Shown piece by piece: positions 27,783 through 38,492 of a stretch of DNA of 64,000 nucleotides. The notes under the pieces are model-generated. The model was not told where the DNA came from. It ran no database searches and saw only the letters and a program-made list of their open reading frames with translations. Source of the DNA: Aureliella sp. (GTDB lineage Bacteria; Planctomycetota; Planctomycetia; Pirellulales; Pirellulaceae). The position numbers and the translations under genes are program-made. Position 1 is the stretch's first letter, and each line of letters begins with the position of its first letter. The stretch covers positions 3,744,001-3,808,000 of the forward strand of contig OY829846.1 of assembly GCA_963691875.1 (NCBI GenBank), read 5' to 3'.

Positions 27783-29417
27783 GTGAAACCTCGTGTCCGA
27801 GAGCTTTTACGAAAGCTGCCGATCACCGCGATTGCATTATCTTTCGCTCTAGGATCTTTCGCGCTCGGCTTTGCGACTACGCCAGCCATCGCTCAGGACA
27901 CAATCCTAGTTCGCCCAGCTGAATGGACGGAAGCAATCCAGCCTTGGAAGGAGTTCCGCGAGTCGCAGGGCCACCAATTCATTGAAGTCGATGCGACTCC
28001 CAAGACAATGGAGCTCGATTCTCGACTGAAAGAAATCTACGCCAAGCATCACGAGACGCTGCGTTTCATTGTGCTCGTCGGCGATGTCGACCCCCGGATC
28101 CAAGCGAGCATTGGGACCTTCTATCGCGACAGCACCGCGATGGTCCAGTTCGGTGGCGATAAGCGGATTGGAACGGACAATCCTTACGCCGACTTCGATG
28201 ATGATGATGTGCCCGATTTGGCTTTGGCGCGGATACCAGCCGACAGCGCCGAGCAACTGCAGGCCTACTTGAAGCGGGTCATCAAGTACGAGACGAAAGA
28301 GAGTTTTGACACTTGGCGGCGAGACGTGCATATCGTTGCGGGCGTAGGTGGCTTTGGAGCAGTTGCAGATTCGGTGATCGAGATGACCACGCGAAGGTTC
28401 CTGGCCGATCGAGTTCCAGGATGGTCCGAGCTCTCCATGACACAAGCAAGCACCGAAAGTCACTACTGCCCCAATCCTTATCGGTTTAGCGAAGTGACTA
28501 CCGAACGCATGAACCAGGGTGGTCTTTTCTGGGTCTACATCGGGCACGGACACATCCGAACGTTGGATTACGTGCGAGTTGAAGAAAAGTATGTACCAAT
28601 CTTCTTGCCGACCAACATTCCTGCAGTAAGTTGCAAGCACGCGCCCATCGCCGTATTCTTGGCTTGCTACACGGGAGCCTACGATGCAACGCAAGATTCC
28701 CTGGCTGAAGAACTGCTGCTCAAAGAAAACGGCCCGATCGCAGCCATTGCCGCGACTCGGGTGTCAGGGCCTTATGGCTTAGCGATGTTAGCGGACGGAC
28801 TCCTCGACAATTTTTACGTTGATCGTGTGCCGACACTCGGACAAGTTGTGCAGCTCGCTAAGGAGCGATTACTCGCACCTGAGCTCGAAGATACGGGTAA
28901 GCAGACTGGGCAGATTCAGATGATTACTGCAATCGCCTCGGCGATGAGCCCCGAGAACTACGAGCTCCGTGCGGAGCGTTTAGAACACGTCTGGCAAATG
29001 CACTTGCTCGGAGATCCGCTTTTAAAACTGAGTTATCCCGAAGTCATCGAACTGGATATTCCTGCGAAGAGTCAGCCAGGGGCCGAGATTGAGATCCGAG
29101 GCGTGTCGACTGAGGCTTGTGAAGGATTTATTGAGTTCGCCTATCGGCGCGAGAAAGTACGTCGCGAGCTGGATGCGATCCCAGTAGACCCCAAGACTGA
29201 AGACGGAAAGGCGGCTTACCAGCAACGCTACAAGGCGGCGAACGAGCGTGTCTTGGTCAAAGTGGATAGCTCGTTTGCGGAGGGACCATTTTCTTTAAAG
29301 CTCCAGGTTCCTGGGGATCTCGCGAACGGCAAGTACTGCGTGCGGATGTTTGGCAAGTCGGCAAAGGGCTGGCAAGTGGGCTACAAAGAGCTTTCCATTC
29401 GTAAGCCCCGCGACTGA
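27783..29417 (+). CDS. C25 family (gingipain-like) cysteine peptidase
   Basis: Signal peptide; FIVLVGD, TDNPYAD.D.D..PDLALARIP, YIGHG, FLACYTG, LLGDP. Confidence 0.85.
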   Translation: MKPRVRELLRKLPITAIALSFALGSFALGFATTPAIAQDTILVRPAEWTEAIQPWKEFRESQGHQFIEVDATPKTMELDSRLKEIYAKHHETLRFIVLVGDVDPRIQASIGTFYRDSTAMVQFGGDKRIGTDNPYADFDDDDVPDLALARIPADSAEQLQAYLKRVIKYETKESFDTWRRDVHIVAGVGGFGAVADSVIEMTTRRFLADRVPGWSELSMTQASTESHYCPNPYRFSEVTTERMNQGGLFWVYIGHGHIRTLDYVRVEEKYVPIFLPTNIPAVSCKHAPIAVFLACYTGAYDATQDSLAEELLLKENGPIAAIAATRVSGPYGLAMLADGLLDNFYVDRVPTLGQVVQLAKERLLAPELEDTGKQTGQIQMITAIASAMSPENYELRAERLEHVWQMHLLGDPLLKLSYPEVIELDIPAKSQPGAEIEIRGVSTEACEGFIEFAYRREKVRRELDAIPVDPKTEDGKAAYQQRYKAANERVLVKVDSSFAEGPFSLKLQVPGDLANGKYCVRMFGKSAKGWQVGYKELSIRKPRD

Positions 29418-29787
29418 GTTCGGGCGTTTTCAGGCAGCGAGCCCCTTTAGAACCGCTGACAAAATATCATAGGGCTTCGACACTGCGTTTCATGGATTGT
29501 GGCTTGTTCTAGGCGTATCATTGCCGCTGAAACATGGTAGCTTCGGCGCGGAGAGAGGTTGGCTCAATGCGATTCCCTGGAAGCAGGATCACTTCCTGCT
29601 CGCCTTTGGTTTAGAATAGACTAGAGGGTAGCCGTCCGATGCGTTTTGACACCCTGCGATTTATCCTACCTTATGCGCTCAATCACAACGCGTTTCCGAT
29701 TCGCTTCGCTCGGGCTGGTTCATAACAGCCCTGCAAAGTTGACTCACCGCCTTTGCAGCTCATTCCTTCCTCAAGACAAACTTAATC

Positions 29788-32238
29788 ATGCCTGCTGCTT
29801 CTCTCGATGTTCCAAGCCTGCGACGATTACTTTACCCAGCCCTGGCCTCGGTTGTCGGTTTGGGTACTCTGTCGACAGCTGTCTCTCACGTCTCCGCTCA
29901 AGAAGTCGACTTTGCGAATAACATCCAGACTGTTCTTTCGCGACGTTGCTACGCCTGCCACGGTCCCGACCAGCAAGAGGGCAGCCTGAGGTTTGACCAG
30001 CGCGAAACACTTCTGGTCAAAGCCGATACCGGAGAGATTCCAGTTGTTCCAGGCGATCCCGCTAAAAGCGAGTTGATTCGCCGCATTACCTCCGAGGATG
30101 AATCCGAACGTATGCCGCCAGAAGGCAAGCCGCTCACATACGAGGAAGTTCGGGCTTTCAAGGCGTGGATTGCCGACGGGGCAAAGTACGAGCAGCATTG
30201 GGCATTCCAACCGGTTCAGTCGCACAAACCACCTGCAGTTAAGAATTCCGAGTGGGCTCGTGCACCGATGGATCATTTCGTGCTTGCTAAGCTCGAGTCG
30301 GCAAAGCTCACTCCGGTAGCCCAAGCGAGTCCGGAGAAACTCATACGACGTGTTTACATTGACATCACTGGCCTACCTCCATCGCCTGAACGTGTCACTG
30401 AATTAGCCTCAGGTTGGAGCGAGGAATCTTACGAGCGTCTAGTGGATTCCCTCCTAGCCGATTCCGCCTTTGGCGAACGTTGGGCCCGAAATTGGTTAGA
30501 CGTTGTGCGGTACGCGGAAACCAACAGCTTTGAGCGGGATGGCCCAAAGCCGAATGCTTACAAGTATCGTGACTATGTCATCCATGCGATGAACAGCGAC
30601 AAGCCCTATGATCAGTTCATTCGCGAACAGATTGCTGGTGACGAGTTAGACGAAGTCACCGATGAGTCGCTCACAGCTACTGGATACTATCGGCTGGGTC
30701 TGTGGGATGACGAGCCGGCGGATCCAAAGCTGGCCTTGTTTGACGGTTATGACGACTTGATTCTGACGACAGGACAAGGCATTCTTGGTCTAACGTTTAA
30801 TTGCGCCCGTTGTCACGATCACAAGATCGACCCGATCTCTCAGAAAGATTACTACAGCTTAGTAGCTCTGTTGCGTGACGTGACTCCTTATGGAACACGA
30901 GGCAACCAACAAGGCAACAATCAAGTCGACTTGGATCCTGAGCTTGCCAAACTGCACGAGGAGTACGAGCGAACGAAACGTGACCTCGAAGGCAAGACAC
31001 GCCGCTTCGAACAGCAAGCTATTAAGAAAATGGAGGCCGAGGACCAGCGAGCTACTGAAGGGCCAGAACGTGCAAAGACACTCGCTGAGAAGTTGGAGCA
31101 ATACACCAAGCCCGAGAAATACAAAGAGTATGCGAAGCAGAAAGCTGAGCTTGAGAGCGTCCGTAAAAAGTTAGCCGCTCTACCACCGCGCGAACGCGTG
31201 CTGGGACTGGCAAGGCTCGAAGCGAGGCCTCCTGAAACTAAAGTTCTGGGGCGTGGCAGCCCGCTAGCTGAAGGCGAAGTCGTTCCGCCCGCATTTCCCA
31301 AACTGCTAGGTGGTGGAGTTCCGGAGATTCCAGTTGCACCAGAGGGAGCTAAGTCGGCTGGACGTCGCAGAGTGTTTGCGGAATGGCTGACGAGCAAGCA
31401 GAACTGGATGACGGCCCGAGTGATGGCAAATCGAGTTTGGCTGCATTACTTTGGCCGCGGTATCGTGCGATCACCAAACAACTTTGGATTGATGGGTGAT
31501 GCACCTACTCACCCCGAGCTAGTCGATCATTTGGCCACATACTTGATGGACAACGACTGGCACCTTAAGAGCCTGCATCGTTACATCTTGCTGTCGAGTA
31601 CTTATCGGTTGGGTACAGATGACAACCCGCAGGCCAGTGCACAGGATCCAGCCAACAATCTTTTCTGGCGGCAGAACTTGCGACGGCTGAGTGCTGAGCA
31701 GGTTCGTGACGGCGTCTTGGCTGTGACAGGACAGCTGAACGAGCAGAAGTTCGGCGCCAGCATGTATCCGACTTTGTCACGAGAAGTTTTAGCTAGCCAA
31801 TCGCGTCCGGGTGCTGGTTGGGGCCGATCTTCGGACGCTGATCAGTCGAGACGCAGTATTTACATTCACGTTAAGCGTTCGCTTCCCGTACCGATGTTGA
31901 CCGCTTTTGATTTTCCCGAGACCGATATCAGTTGCGAAGCTCGCTTTCTGACCACTCAGCCCGCTCAAGCACTCACGATGCTAAACAGCGACTGGATGCA
32001 GCAGCAAGCCGACAAGCTGCTGGCTCGCGTGCGGCAAGAGGTCGGTGAGGGCCTAGAGGCTCAGGCCCAACGAATTCTGACGCTATGTGTCAGTCGCGAA
32101 CCAGATCAGGCAGATGTAATGGAGCTGGTTCAGCTAACAGAGAAACTCAAATCAAAGCACAAGCTTGATGACAATAAGGCCCGCCAGGCAATGTGCCTCG
32201 TGGCGTTAAATTTGAATCAGTTTTTGTACTTGGACTAA
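29788..32238 (+). CDS. planctomycete cytochrome c / PSD1 (DUF1549/DUF1553) protein
   Basis: CYACHG, GERWARNWLDVVRYAET, CARCHDHK.DPI, PTHPELVD.LA. Confidence 0.93.
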   Translation: MPAASLDVPSLRRLLYPALASVVGLGTLSTAVSHVSAQEVDFANNIQTVLSRRCYACHGPDQQEGSLRFDQRETLLVKADTGEIPVVPGDPAKSELIRRITSEDESERMPPEGKPLTYEEVRAFKAWIADGAKYEQHWAFQPVQSHKPPAVKNSEWARAPMDHFVLAKLESAKLTPVAQASPEKLIRRVYIDITGLPPSPERVTELASGWSEESYERLVDSLLADSAFGERWARNWLDVVRYAETNSFERDGPKPNAYKYRDYVIHAMNSDKPYDQFIREQIAGDELDEVTDESLTATGYYRLGLWDDEPADPKLALFDGYDDLILTTGQGILGLTFNCARCHDHKIDPISQKDYYSLVALLRDVTPYGTRGNQQGNNQVDLDPELAKLHEEYERTKRDLEGKTRRFEQQAIKKMEAEDQRATEGPERAKTLAEKLEQYTKPEKYKEYAKQKAELESVRKKLAALPPRERVLGLARLEARPPETKVLGRGSPLAEGEVVPPAFPKLLGGGVPEIPVAPEGAKSAGRRRVFAEWLTSKQNWMTARVMANRVWLHYFGRGIVRSPNNFGLMGDAPTHPELVDHLATYLMDNDWHLKSLHRYILLSSTYRLGTDDNPQASAQDPANNLFWRQNLRRLSAEQVRDGVLAVTGQLNEQKFGASMYPTLSREVLASQSRPGAGWGRSSDADQSRRSIYIHVKRSLPVPMLTAFDFPETDISCEARFLTTQPAQALTMLNSDWMQQQADKLLARVRQEVGEGLEAQAQRILTLCVSREPDQADVMELVQLTEKLKSKHKLDDNKARQAMCLVALNLNQFLYLD

Positions 32239-32261
32239 GAGGAGAGCCGCGAGGCAAATCA

Positions 32262-32320
32262 CAACCCGACGAGTAAACGAGGCAAGTGAGACACTTCTTC
32301 CTCGCTTCCGCTTCGGGTTG
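32262..32320. repeat. REP-like intergenic palindrome
   Basis: CAACCCGACGAGTAAACGAGG / CCTCGCTTCCGCTTCGGGTTG; same family as 1137-1195. Confidence 0.6.
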
Positions 32321-32408
32321 AGATAGAAGATCTGTGTGCACCATGGACCCTACCCGATGCACACCAGCACAAACCCAATTTCGCTACCCACCAACTGAAG
32401 CGTTAGAC

Positions 32409-33872
32409 ATGGATAAGAACAAGAATAAAAAAAACTTTTGCGGTCGTGTACGGCGTGAATTCCTGTGGCAGTCAGGTGCAGGTTTTGGTGCTGTCGCGTT
32501 GTCATCCATGCTTGGGCAAGACGGGTTCTTCGGCTCGACGGCTCAAGGGGCCAAAGTCTCGGCCAATCCGCTTGCCGAGAAGCCACCGCATTTCGCGCCA
32601 AAAGCCAAGAGCGTCATCTTCCTGTTCATGTATGGCGGACCAAGCCACATTGACACCTTTGATCGCAAGCCTGAAATGACGGGGCGAGACGGTCAAACAG
32701 TCGACGTAAAAACTTTTGGCCGTGGTGGTCACCGCAACCAAGGGCGGATTGTCGAACCTCGCTGGGATTTCAAGCAGTACGGCGAGTGCGGAAAGCACGT
32801 GAGTTCGCTTTTTCCGAATCTTGGGGGCTGCGTCGACGATATCGCTTTCTTGCACTCGATGACCGCAGATTCGCCGATTCACGGGTCAGCTATGCTGATG
32901 ATGAATTCTGGAAAGATACTCAGCGGTTCACCTGCTTTAGGCTCTTGGGTTAATTATGGTCTAGGCACCGTCAATCAGAACTTGCCTGGCTTCGTGGTCA
33001 TGCTTGATCAGAAGGGCGGGCCAATCAGTGGTGCTAAGAATTGGTCGAGTGGTTACATGCCAGCGACTTATGCAGGAACCGTTCTCCGCAGCAAGGGTTC
33101 GCCGATTTTGGATCTCGCTCCGCCAGAGGGCACCAGCCGCGAGGTGCAGCGGGCGATGCTTGATTCCCTGGGAGCGATGAACAACCGGCACTTGGCTGCC
33201 AACGCGAGTGATGCGGATCTATCGGCGAGGATTTCTAGCTACGAACTTGCCTACAAAATGCAAGAGCACGCACCGGAAGCGACCGACTTAAGTGACGAAG
33301 ATGAAGAGACCGAGAAGCTCTATGGTCTCAACAATCCTCAAACGGAAGACTTTGCTCGCCGCTGCATCATCGCACGACGGTTGGTCGAACGCGGCGTGCG
33401 ATGCATTCAGCTGTATTCCGGTGGCGCGCACAATGACGACAACTGGGACGCTCACGGCGACCTTGAAAAAAACCACAACAAGCACGCTGGAGCTACCGAC
33501 CAACCGATCGCTGCCTTGCTGAAGGACCTCAAGCGACGTGGACTACTCGATTCAACCTTGGTGGTGTGGGGCGGCGAATTTGGACGTCAGCCAACGGCCG
33601 AATACGCCAAAGGCTCAGGACGCGACCACAATTCCTACGGCTTCACGATGTGGATGGCTGGTGGCGGCATCAAGGGTGGTATCAGTGTTGGTACTACCGA
33701 TGAGCTCGGCTCAGCAGCCGTTGAGAAACCGTTCCATGTCAAGCATTTGCACGCCACGATTCTCAATCAACTCGGCATGGACCCAAATCGCCTGAGCTAC
33801 TTCTACAGCGGATTAGACCAAAAGCTAGTCGGTGTTGAGCACGTAGATCCGATCCACGAAGTGATCGCGTAG
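32409..33872 (+). CDS. DUF1501 domain protein (Tat signal)
   Basis: RREFL; PKAKSVIFLFMYGGPSHIDTFD.KP; WGGEFGR.P; GRDHN. Confidence 0.93.
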   Translation: MDKNKNKKNFCGRVRREFLWQSGAGFGAVALSSMLGQDGFFGSTAQGAKVSANPLAEKPPHFAPKAKSVIFLFMYGGPSHIDTFDRKPEMTGRDGQTVDVKTFGRGGHRNQGRIVEPRWDFKQYGECGKHVSSLFPNLGGCVDDIAFLHSMTADSPIHGSAMLMMNSGKILSGSPALGSWVNYGLGTVNQNLPGFVVMLDQKGGPISGAKNWSSGYMPATYAGTVLRSKGSPILDLAPPEGTSREVQRAMLDSLGAMNNRHLAANASDADLSARISSYELAYKMQEHAPEATDLSDEDEETEKLYGLNNPQTEDFARRCIIARRLVERGVRCIQLYSGGAHNDDNWDAHGDLEKNHNKHAGATDQPIAALLKDLKRRGLLDSTLVVWGGEFGRQPTAEYAKGSGRDHNSYGFTMWMAGGGIKGGISVGTTDELGSAAVEKPFHVKHLHATILNQLGMDPNRLSYFYSGLDQKLVGVEHVDPIHEVIA

Positions 33873-33908
33873 ATAGAAGAGCTTTTGAAAAACACTTGGA
33901 GGACCACG

Positions 33909-35531
33909 ATGTCGACGCGCAGATTGAGCCTATTCCTTCTAACTTTGCTCGGCTCTCTCTCGGTCCGCTGCCAAGCCGCAGAAGCAGCCCCAGTGTGGGA
34001 GGGGCGTCCGAATATCGTATTTGCGTTTGCAGATGATTGGGGGCGTTATGCCAGTGCTTACGCAAAACTCGAGCCAGGTGGGCCGAGCGATATTGTTAGC
34101 ACGCCTAACTTTGACAAGCTCGCGGCGAAAGGAGTCTTGTTTACTCAGGCCTATGTGAACGCCCCCAGCTGCACACCTTGTCGCAGTTCATTGCTCAGTG
34201 GGCAATACTTCTGGCGCACCGGTCGCGGGGCTATTTTGCAAGGAGCTATTTGGGATACGAGCATCCCTAGCTATCCGTTGCTGCTTGAGAAGTCGGGTTA
34301 CGCCATCGGTCATACTTACAAAGTCTGGTCGCCCGGAACTCCTCGAGATGAGCCGCATGGCGGAAAGCGAACTGCCTTCACTTCGGCAGGCGGTAAGTTC
34401 AATGGCTTTTCGCAATTTGTAGAGCGCTCGAAAGATAAGAAAGCCGCCAAGCAAAGGTTGCTCGATGAGGTTCGAGGCAACTTCAGCAGTTTCCTTCAGA
34501 CTTGCGAGAAGGACCAGCCGTTTTGCTATTGGTTCGGCCCTACAAATTGTCACCGCAAATGGATCAAGGGCTCGGGCAGGTCACACTGGGGGCTGAATCC
34601 TGACAAGCTAAAGGGCAAGATTCCGCAATATCTTCCGGACAACGAGATTGTTCGCGAGGACTTCTGCGACTACCTAGGCGAAGCACAGGCTTTTGATGCC
34701 GGGCTGGGAGTGTTGCTCGATGAACTTGAGGAGCGGGGGCTGAGTAAGAATACCATTGTTGTAGTCAGCGGTGATCATGGCATACCTGGTATTCCGCGAG
34801 GCAAGTGCAATTTGTATGACCTTGGAACACGAGTGCCGCTTGTCGTTTACTGGCCAGGCAAGACAGGTGAAGGCTTGGTGGTGGATGACTTTGTTTGCTT
34901 GCCCGATCTAGCTCCTACTTTCTTGGATGCAGGCGGAGTTGCCATTCCAGCAGTCATGACCGGCCGCAGTTTGTTACCGGTTCTCGAAGCCAAGAAATCT
35001 GGGCTCGTCGATCCGTCGCGCGATCACGTCATCGTGGGACGCGAGCGACACGTGGCGAAGGCGCGAACTGGTGAACTACCCTATCCGCAGCGAGCGATTC
35101 GCACGCAAGACTACCTGTACATTCGCAACTTTAAGCCAGAACGGTACCCGATGGGAATCGCACCTGGCTACGGGCTAGCTGTAAAGAATGCCACTTGGCC
35201 AAGTTTTGAAAAGTTGCGCGAGAACACTTTCGTTGCCTTTGGTGACTTGGATGCGAGCCCAACCAAGGCTTGGATGCTGACAAACTTGGATGAGCCCGAG
35301 GTGCTCAAGCAAGTTGGCCTCACGATGGGCTTGCGCCCAGAGGAAGAGCTGTTTGCTGTGAACGGCGATCCAGATCACATGGTGAATCTTGCTGGTGACC
35401 CCAAGTTTGGAGAAACCAAGGCGAAGCTGTCGTCCCGTCTCATGAAGCTGCTTGACGACACCGGCGACCCACGGGTCAGCGACGATGGCATGCAGTACGA
35501 CAAACCGCCTTTCGCAGGCAGTAGCAAATAA
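33909..35531 (+). CDS. sulfatase (formylglycine-dependent)
   Basis: [22 protein letters not shown] (CxPxR), GDHG. Confidence 0.92.
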   Translation: MSTRRLSLFLLTLLGSLSVRCQAAEAAPVWEGRPNIVFAFADDWGRYASAYAKLEPGGPSDIVSTPNFDKLAAKGVLFTQAYVNAPSCTPCRSSLLSGQYFWRTGRGAILQGAIWDTSIPSYPLLLEKSGYAIGHTYKVWSPGTPRDEPHGGKRTAFTSAGGKFNGFSQFVERSKDKKAAKQRLLDEVRGNFSSFLQTCEKDQPFCYWFGPTNCHRKWIKGSGRSHWGLNPDKLKGKIPQYLPDNEIVREDFCDYLGEAQAFDAGLGVLLDELEERGLSKNTIVVVSGDHGIPGIPRGKCNLYDLGTRVPLVVYWPGKTGEGLVVDDFVCLPDLAPTFLDAGGVAIPAVMTGRSLLPVLEAKKSGLVDPSRDHVIVGRERHVAKARTGELPYPQRAIRTQDYLYIRNFKPERYPMGIAPGYGLAVKNATWPSFEKLRENTFVAFGDLDASPTKAWMLTNLDEPEVLKQVGLTMGLRPEEELFAVNGDPDHMVNLAGDPKFGETKAKLSSRLMKLLDDTGDPRVSDDGMQYDKPPFAGSSK

Positions 35532-35656
35532 CAATCTGTTTACTCTCGAGGCGCTCGATGCCTCACGGAGATGTGGCTCACTCAAACGACAGATCGCAAG
35601 CGCCTTGTGACTCACTCGTTTTAAGAAGTGTTCAAACTCAGCTCAGGGCGTCTTGC

Positions 35657-38050
35657 TCATGATGCTTTGCTTCTTGCTTCATCGCGGCTCTTGAACAAAC
35701 CTTTTGGGGGAGGAACTGCTTTCTGGAAGTCAATCTTCTCCTCTGAGACAACATCTTCGATGGTCGCATGCTGCGTGGCAGCTTCACCGGCATAGCCGTA
35801 ACCGTAGCCGTAACGATCGAGGTCGTAACCTTCCAGACCGGTGACTCCGTTGATCACAACACCCAGAATGCGGGCTCCAACGGAACGCAGTGCGTTGATG
35901 CTTTCCGAGGCAGTTGGCTTCGAGTCGCGACGCAAGCGGAAAGTCATCACGACTCCGTCAGTGCGAGCGGCGACAGCGAGAGCATCTGCTACGGCAAGAA
36001 CGGGAGGAGTATCGATAATCACAAAGTCGTAGGCTTTCTGTGCCGAGGTCAGGACTTCTTGGAAACGTTGGTGACTAACGATCTCTGAGGGGTTTGTTAA
36101 AGGTTCGTTGCTGGCCAACAGCGTCAAGTTATTCACGGGCGTGGGGCGCAAGGCGGAAGCCAATGTGGCTTGACCGAGGATGACTTCGCCGATGCCAACG
36201 GCATCCGTGTTTCCAAAGAGACCGGCGATGCGCGGGCGTCGCATATCTGCGTCAATCAAGAGTACAGAACGTCCTGACTGTGCAATGGATACGGCCAAGT
36301 TTGCAGCCAATGTTGACTTACCGTCTCCGGGGCAAGGACTCGTTACTTGGATGATCCGGTGGCTTTCACTCATCTCACTGAAGTAGATATTGGTACGAAC
36401 TGCCCGGAAAGCCTCGTTAGCAGCGTGAATGTCTCCCTCGACCGTGCACAGAGACGGATCGATGCCATTATCGCTTGGCTGTAGATTCCGCAGGCTCATC
36501 TGAGGGATATGTCCAATGATGCCAGTCCCCAGAGCTCGAGTGACTTCATCCGGACCGCGGAAACTCTGATCCAACCATTCGGCTAAGAAGCCAATGCCGA
36601 TGATGATCACGAATCCAATTCCACCACCTACTGAAACGAAAGGCAGCAAGTTTGGGCTGTGGAAAGAGCCCAACCGAGCGGGAGTCAAGGTCTCCATCGA
36701 ACGCTGTGTAGTTCGAGGCAGAATCTGAATACGATTGACAGTCTCATTGAAACCGTCGAGAAGTTGCTGGATAGCGGCAAGTTCACTATTCAACAAATGA
36801 TTCTTGGTTACAAAGCCTTGTAGCTCTTTTGATTTTGTTTCCGCCTCTGACGCAAGCGTCTTTAGCAGAGTGCCTTGTTTGGTAAGAGCGACCATTCGTT
36901 CTTGTATCGAGCTCTTCCATATTTCCAGCTGGTCATTGGCATTCATGCCCGAGCTCATCAGCTCTTCGGCTTCCATTGCCATTTTGCGTTCCGAGCTGGA
37001 GAGATGGTCAACTTGGCTGGCGATCAGAGCGATGCGTCGTCGCAAAGACGCGATCGACGGATGACTCTCTCCAACGGTGTCTAAGAGCTCTTGTTCACGT
37101 ATTTGCAAATCCATGAGCGCTCTGCGTTGTTCCGCGCTCGAGACAGGCATCTGTAGGTCTGGCGAGAGTTCTGCAGGCGTTTGATTTTCCTGAACTCCCA
37201 ATGATGTATCCAAGCCAAGATCATTGGCTAGCATCATCAAGATGCCTTTTGAGGAACGTCCCGCATCTTGGGCTTCACTGATCTGTCCCAGAATCGCTTT
37301 GAGCTTTTCATGCTCAATATTCAACTCGTTGATGTCTTTATGAATTCGCACACTGTTTTCTGCGAACTGATTCTGGGCTTCATCCCCGAGCCAGACCATC
37401 GGTGCAGATTTACGGAAAGTCGCGTGTTTCTCTGATAGCACTGTGTAGGATTTGCTCAGATTCTGCTGGGCCTCGGTGACGCTTCGAACAACTTCATCTC
37501 CGATGCTGCGGTAAGCTTCTTCCAGATAGGTTTCATAGCCAAGAATCACAGAATCAACGACGAGCTTACAGACTTTCCGATCTTCGCAGATAAAGCTAAC
37601 ATCGATCAGGGTTGTGCTGCTGTCGCGCCCGGATGGTTTCACAACCAGCCGGTCTTCATCTTTGATCCAGTCGCGAATCTCAGTATGAGAGCAACCCTGG
37701 AATTGAGGGTGCTCGACCAAAGCGAACAGGTCAATGGCTTTGTCAATCACCCGAGTACTGGTGATGATTCGGGTTTCATCCAAGCGAGTCGAACCACGGA
37801 TCCCATCGGGTTCCAATCCCTCAATTCCGCCAGCACTCTTGTCTGGATAAACGACTTGAACGAGGGCGTAGGAGCGATAGGTTGGCATTTGCCGGCGATA
37901 AGCGACGTATCCCAGGCCACTGCCGAGGATCGCCCCGAACAGGGCCAACCACTTCCATCGCCACAACGTTTTGGTGTAGTAGATTCCAGGGGATTGCTCC
38001 TCGCCATGCATCGTTACAGGGTCGATGCGAAGCATGTCACTTTCGTGCAT
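35657..38050 (-). CDS. wzc: polysaccharide biosynthesis tyrosine autokinase (Wzc family)
   Basis: Two TMs with coiled coil; EAFRAVRTN, PGDGKST, LLIDADMRRP, IIDTPP, YGYGYGY tail. Confidence 0.9.
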   Translation of the reverse strand: MHESDMLRIDPVTMHGEEQSPGIYYTKTLWRWKWLALFGAILGSGLGYVAYRRQMPTYRSYALVQVVYPDKSAGGIEGLEPDGIRGSTRLDETRIITSTRVIDKAIDLFALVEHPQFQGCSHTEIRDWIKDEDRLVVKPSGRDSSTTLIDVSFICEDRKVCKLVVDSVILGYETYLEEAYRSIGDEVVRSVTEAQQNLSKSYTVLSEKHATFRKSAPMVWLGDEAQNQFAENSVRIHKDINELNIEHEKLKAILGQISEAQDAGRSSKGILMMLANDLGLDTSLGVQENQTPAELSPDLQMPVSSAEQRRALMDLQIREQELLDTVGESHPSIASLRRRIALIASQVDHLSSSERKMAMEAEELMSSGMNANDQLEIWKSSIQERMVALTKQGTLLKTLASEAETKSKELQGFVTKNHLLNSELAAIQQLLDGFNETVNRIQILPRTTQRSMETLTPARLGSFHSPNLLPFVSVGGGIGFVIIIGIGFLAEWLDQSFRGPDEVTRALGTGIIGHIPQMSLRNLQPSDNGIDPSLCTVEGDIHAANEAFRAVRTNIYFSEMSESHRIIQVTSPCPGDGKSTLAANLAVSIAQSGRSVLLIDADMRRPRIAGLFGNTDAVGIGEVILGQATLASALRPTPVNNLTLLASNEPLTNPSEIVSHQRFQEVLTSAQKAYDFVIIDTPPVLAVADALAVAARTDGVVMTFRLRRDSKPTASESINALRSVGARILGVVINGVTGLEGYDLDRYGYGYGYAGEAATQHATIEDVVSEEKIDFQKAVPPPKGLFKSRDEARSKAS

Positions 38051-38492
38051 TAGGGGATTCCCGAAAAGGCAGGGGCGTTTTCAACGCATTCAAACGCTAA
38101 TTCCTTAATCCTTTCGGGGGTCAGGCTATGGAGAGTTGAGGTGGCCTGAGTCGAAAAGAATTGCCACAAGAGGCACAGGCATTACAGCCGAACTTACCGT
38201 TAAAGACTAACAAGGCCGAATGCCAGCTATTCACCTGATGGTTTGCCCTAGGGCGTAAAGTACGGGGAGCTCCTATTTGGCTCAGTAGATTTCTTGCACG
38301 GCGCAGAAGGGAGTGCAAATCAAAGTTTCAAACAGGCTGAATTTAGATTGTTACCGCGATGGTTCTATCGCCAACACCCCTGGCAAACGCGAATGCGGCT
38401 GAAATGCAAAGTTCACCCAGCGTGAAACTTTGATCAGCCTTAGAGTCGAAGGATACTAACCTGCGAGTCAGAGGAACATCTAGATGCTGATC

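Noticed and set aside
27906..28694. Long antisense or alternate-frame ORFs (also 56254-56898, 51568-52140, 47774-48343, 41969-42541)
   Set aside because: They overlap well-supported genes and show no recognisable motifs; expected shadow ORFs
29788..35531. PSD1-cytochrome c / DUF1501 / sulfatase trio as a new system
   Set aside because: A well-known, highly expanded planctomycete module
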